Assembly: GCF_000315625.1 (NCBI RefSeq)
Contig: NW_005434639.1
Coordinates: 127,670-191,669, forward strand
Length of the DNA stretch: 64,000 nucleotides
Direction of reading: 5' to 3'
Source of the DNA: Guillardia theta CCMP2712
Lineage: Eukaryota; Protista; Cryptophyta
Shown here: one piece after another, positions 15,001-21,000 of the stretch
Layout: each line of letters starts with the position of its first letter
How positions within the stretch are numbered: the stretch's first letter is position 1
Notes under the pieces: generated by a model
Told to the model about the DNA's origin: nothing
What the model saw: only the letters and a program-made list of their open reading frames with translations
Databases searched by the model: none
Position numbers and translations under genes: made by a program

Positions 15001-18000
15001 GGAGTCTCAGAGTCATGATGTCTCCTGGCACGAGAAGCATCTTCATCCTGACAGACAGTTGGATCCCACAAGGGTTGTTGGACGACGGCAGTTGCGAGCT
15101 GCCGAAGAGAAAGAAGGAGAGATTAGACTCGACGATCCCTCCCGTCTTGTAGATCCCTGGGGACTTGTCGATAGGCAGGGGAACCACCTTTCCGTAGCTC
15201 GAGTTTGTGCCAAGGGTGACATTGCTGCTGTTCTCCGACAAACCCTCCAGAGATACCCGGAACAGCTCTGAACGGGAGATCTGGATGTGATAGTTGCACA
15301 ACTGATCGACAGAAAAGACGATCGGGTTGGACGAGAAGAGGATCTGAAGTTCGAACAGGAGGGGCCGCCATTGCCCGACCATCTGACAGGCTCCATCGCA
15401 GCAAGAGGAGGTCGCGGTGATGGTGACCGCAGTGCCCTGGTCTGCTTTGTCCAGCTGAAACCCAGGGAGGGTGAGAGAGAGAGAAGAGTCCTTGCTGAGG
15501 GCCATGGAAGAGAAGAAAGCGAGGTCGATGCTTGCGAGCTGTCCGATCTGCGGGGGGTCAAACCTGATGACGGAGTGGTGGAAAGATCCCACGTTGAGGA
15601 CTTGCATGCTGCTGGGGTTCGCTGGCCCGGCCTTTGCGTTTGTCTCGATCAGAAACTTGTCATAGTGGTCATTGAAGCCACACTTTGGCAGGCGGATGCC
15701 CGAGCTGGAGGGGATGCTGAAAGAGATAACCATGTCCTGCTGGACTACCTGAGCTGCCAAGACCTCGATCACGACCTGGGTTTCGGACCACTTGATCAGC
15801 GCTGTGGGGAAGTAAAGGGAGCCGTTCCCAGCTGTTGCAACCGTGACGTCTGGGTGGCTGGGGAACGCCTGGCTGCACTCGGAGATGACATTGCGATTGT
15901 ACGTCCACGTCATCTTGACCGACTCGTTCGTGGCGATCTCCTGATTCAACCTGAACCCGACGGAGAGTGTGACAAGCGACCCTGCAACCGGCGGGTCAAA
16001 CGAGATGGACTTGTAAGTGAAGACTCCGATGGGATTGCTGTATGCGATGGGGATCGGAGGAACCGGGCCGTAGATGGCATTACAGGAGATGCGCATGCGA
16101 GGATCGTTGGTGCTAATGCCGTAGGGGGGCAGGCGGATACCGAAAGAGGATGGGACAGTAAGAGACTGAGCTGAGAGCTCTGGGATGTCCTGGATGAAGA
16201 CAAGCTGGAGGACAGCATCCTTGTTGAACCAGTTGGCGTAGAGGTTGGCGTTGTCGTTGATAGGGTCAAACTTGTAGATGTTGCCGTTGGCAGTGAAGCC
16301 TGTCAGGGTCAGGTTGATGATCTCCCCTGCCCTGATCGTCATCTGCGGCTCGAAGGAGAACTGGATGGTCGCTGGGGACTCGAGCGCAGTGTAGGTGACG
16401 TGGAGGAAGGGGAGCTTCTTCACAGGCTCGTAGAAGGAGCCGACGGCCTGCGAGGTAGGGATGATCGCGCCCTTGATGGGACCGTCGATGGCATTGGTAA
16501 GGATCTTAAGGTCCTGCTGGTTGGCACCCAAACCTTTCAGGCGAAGTCTGATTTCAGCTGCCTCCGGGATGACTATCTGAATGGTCTCGTTAGGCCCAGG
16601 GATGACGACCGCTGCCGTCATGAGCAGCCTTGACTCGTTGACGTACCACCTGCCCACCTTGAACCAGCCCTCAGGAGTCGAGGAGACATTGAATGTGTCC
16701 CGTCCCCCCGTGAAGCCGGGGAGGATCAGTCCGACGTGCTCGTCAACAAGGATTCTCATCTCAGGCCTGAACTCGAGGATGAGAGAAGAAACCTCTCCTG
16801 CCGTTGGGTTGCCATAAGACAACTTGGGGCTGTTGAGGAAAGAGCCAACACCATCGGACTCCGGGAACGCAACCTGGACAGCGTAGGCCACAGGAGACTG
16901 AACTCCGATCTTGAGGGAGGGCTGGTTCCTGCTCACACCTTCCAACGGAAGCCTGATGCCTGCGTCGGAGTCGACGAAGATTGCGACGCTGGTGTTTGCG
17001 TCAAAGGCAGTGTTCAGTAGCACGAGCCTCAGCTGACCGAGCAGGGGGTTCCAGCTAGCGAGGCCAAACCCAGGGACCCACACGTTGTGCGTTATCTCCC
17101 CGAGGAAACCTGGCAGGCTGAGGACGAGGGCATCGCCGCTCTTTAGAGGGAGGGAGTAGGAGAAGAGGATCTGAAGGCCAGTCTCAGGAGATGACGTGGA
17201 CTCGTAGCGCAGATAGACAGGTTCGATCCTTCCCACTCCCAGCACGTTGTACACCCTTGTGGGCAGGACTGGACCATCCTGAGCGTTGGTAGCGACGGTG
17301 ATGAAGTCAACGATGTAGACACCTCCTGGAGGAATTACCACATTCACCTCCTGCTCCACTACAGCAAGGCATCTGCTGGAGGGTGGTATGTCTGACAAGA
17401 CCGTGAAGTTGAGAAACGGAGGGTCCCAAAGGACTGACGAGGGGACGAGCGATTTTGAGTTGTCCAGGGAGCAAGACAGGTTGAAGTAAGCGACCTTGGA
17501 GCTCTTGCCGAGAAACTTCGGAATATGGACGAAAATGGTCTCCTCGAATTGAATAGACATGGCGATTGAGAAATTGAAAATGATCCTGGAGGGCTGGCCG
17601 GGGACTCCGTCGACGAACGAGACCTGAGTCTCGTTGTTGAAGGAGCCAACGGGCGGGAGCTCGTCAAAGACGTGACGGTAGCAGTCGTCCAAGAGGATGA
17701 AGATGCCTCGATCGATGGACCTGAAGCCATAGCGGGACAGCACAAAACCGTAAGACGTCGAGATCGCGAACTCCGGCTGGAAGCTTCCAACACCGTAAGG
17801 AAAGACCTCGAGCACCTTGGACGGCTCAGTCCACCTGATTCTCGTCCAGTAGACTCCGGCTAAGAAGAACTCAGTCACGTTCTGAGTCGCCTGCTGCAAG
17901 GAGATCTCCGGGAGGTGGATGCGTAGAATGTGCTTCTGTGAGTCTGAGAAGGTGACTCTGAACCTCAGCTCCACGGGCTCGCCCGCCCGCGCGTTGTAAT

Positions 18001-21000
18001 GCACAAGGGATGCGAACACTAGCGGGTAGGACTGGGAGAAGGAGCAGAAAAATCGAACGTTTTGAAAGGGTTGATCTTGGAAACGGGGTGCAGAAGAGAT
18101 TGACGGAGAATAGTTCTGGTTTACCTTGCTCAGAACAAGACCAGTGATCTTGAAATGTACAAGCGTCGACGCTAGAATGTCTTGGTCGATACGGAGCACG
18201 ACTCTTCCCAAAGACACGTTGAAAGACTTCACGCTGAGCAGAGGCGAGGAGTCCTGTAGTGCAGAGGACGTACCTACGAAGAGATTGGGCATGCTAACAG
18301 AGATTTCCTCCCCCGTCGACAAGTTTGACAAGCATGCAAACTGCACCTCCACCATCCCTGACAACGAGTATGCGTCCAATCTCGTGCTAGTGAATCCTTG
18401 CCCCCCTCCCACCTCCAGGAGCCTCCGCTTCCCAGCTGTCCCTGCCATCTGAATCTCATCTGAGTTGAACAGGATTCCCTTTGACCTCTCCTCCACCCAC
18501 GTTGCCCCCTTCTCCCTCATCTGCGAGCTCTGCGCAGGTACTGCAGGGCTCCATATCACACTCTCCCTCTCGATCGCAACCAATCCTTCAGAGCTTCTCA
18601 TCATCGCCTCCAGCCGCTTGTCCGCCTCCTCCAGACCTCCTCCTGGCAGCTTCAGGATCCCATCGAGACTTTCTGAAACGCTCCTCCCGCATCCTGCGGC
18701 TCGCTCGCACACCAGCTCCAGCACTCCCCTCACCTCATCCCACGTCCCATTCATCCCCTCCGTCATGATTCCCTGCACAGCAGCGGTTCCCATCTCCGAC
18801 AAGGTCAACGAGGAGGAGGAAGTGAAGTTGGGCAGGAACACTGAGACCTTGTCACCAATTGAGATGTTGATGCTGCTCTCCAGCTGCAAGTCCAGCTTGC
18901 AGGCCGCCAGAGGGGTCCTGGGATGAAAGTCGAGGGTGAAGTTGCGGAATTTCCCGACAGCCTGGACGAACTTGAAAGGCTGCCAGTCCACCATCGAGGT
19001 GGCCAGTTGAGCTGAGATCTGAATTCCATCCCAGTTCTTCTCGACTCCTTCGGTCGGCAAAGTCAGCCCGGTCCCAGCTGGGACTTCGACCTTGACAAGC
19101 TCTCCTCTCTGAAGCGATTGCTCCAACTTCAGTAGCAGCGTCCTGCTGCTCTGAAGCCACGTCATCGCAAGGGAAGTGTTGGAGACAGCAGCGAAGGCCT
19201 GTTGGGGCTGCGAGAAGGAGGGCATCCTGATAGATATCGTCTCATTCGCAGCCATGGGCATCTGCGGCACAAATGTGATGATGACGTCAGCAGACGAGTC
19301 AACCAAGTTGTAATTATTGAAGAACATTCTCGTGCTCTCGAAGGATCCGTCCGTCGCGGTCGAGACCAGAGCAGTCGGGATCAGGTACCCAGCGACTGCT
19401 ATCATCTCGATGGTGGGCGAAGTGAGAGCTGAGAGACCGTCAGGTGGGAAGAGAATGCCCAGCTGAGACTGAAACTGAACGACCTGCTTCACTCCCGGAT
19501 CGATCTTTTTCCCGACAGACACTGTAAGTGACAACGAGTTCTGACCCGCAGTGACTTGGTAGATGTCCAGGTCAAAGATACCTACTGGAGTGAAGAAGCC
19601 CGGGAGGTTGAGGACTATGCGATCCTTGGGCGCCAGCGACATGCTGGCCGTGAAAGAGATCTCAAAGGCGGCTGGGCTGCCAGCTACCACCGTTGACGTG
19701 AACACGATCTGCGGCTGAGTCTGCAGCGATCCGATAGCGCGAGAGTTGATTGGAAGTTGGATGGGGTAGCCGTGAGTTGGATCGAGGGAGAGAGAGAAAG
19801 AATTAGCTGCAAGGCCGGGGAAGGGAACGTACAGCTGTTGCGAAGAGGAGATGTACAGATAGCGGAAAGAGCTCGCCGTGCTGATGGTGACAGTCAGAAG
19901 GACTTCGCTGGTAAGAGGATTCCAGCTCGACCCCAGGACATCGATGTTCTGACCGACGACAGTGAAGGCGGAGATACTCGAGGCCCTCCGCAGACCAGAC
20001 AACTTGAGTCGCCATTGCTCGACCAAGTTTCTGGGTCGGGAAGTCGCAACGTCATGGAGCGAAATATTGATGGACAGATCGCGTTCGATGGCAGGAGGAT
20101 CGAAGGAGGCAACGATGGAGTCAAAGAGAGGAACGGCGGGAGAAATCTTGATCGACTGGGGGGCCACCGGACCCGCCTCAAACGATCCGAAAAGCCTCAA
20201 AGTTGCCTGGTTTGCCATCAGGCCATTGACAGGCACGTGAAGCCCGAAAGATTCTGGAATGACGATGGTAATGTTGGAAGCCTCAATGATATCCTCGTTG
20301 AAAGAGATGGAGAATTCATGGCTGCCTTGAACCCAGGTTGCAGACAAATAAACGTAGTTGATAGTATTTACAACGATCTGAATCATAGACCTTCTCTCGA
20401 AATTGTTCTCGAGGGAATACTCAGCAAAGAAATCCGGCAGCTGCATTGACAACACATCTCCCTTAACCAACTTCATCCCATTGCTGAAGACCAGCTCAAG
20501 CTGGACTATTGAACCAGCTGAAGGTGACTCTGGTATATACGCCAACCTGGCGTAGGTAGAAGTAGCAAGTAGAGCCCCGACTGGCTCGACATACCAAAGA
20601 GGGGTAGAATACACCGGCCCTGCCTTGGCGTTACAGGAGATGAAAAATGTTTGCTGGTTCAATGAGATGGCTTTCTCCGGCAGAGTGAGGCCAGAGGTGG
20701 AGGAGATGAAGGCATGAACTGATCGATTTGCCTCCAGCACTTTCCCGCAGTTCACCACAAACACCAGGCGCTGATCGGGGTAGGTCGCCGACCATGCAGC
20801 ATAGAACCGCGGATCGCTCACGCTCCCCATGTCGAACACATCGGACTGGGGGATGATACCCTCAGGGCCCTTGAAGCCCGGCAGATAGAACTCGATCAGC
20901 TCTCCCTCCTGAATGCTCATGAGAGGAGTGAACTGAAAATGAATGTCCACTCGCTCCCCGGCTGTCGGGTTGTCGTACGACATGCTGGTGTAGGAAAAAG

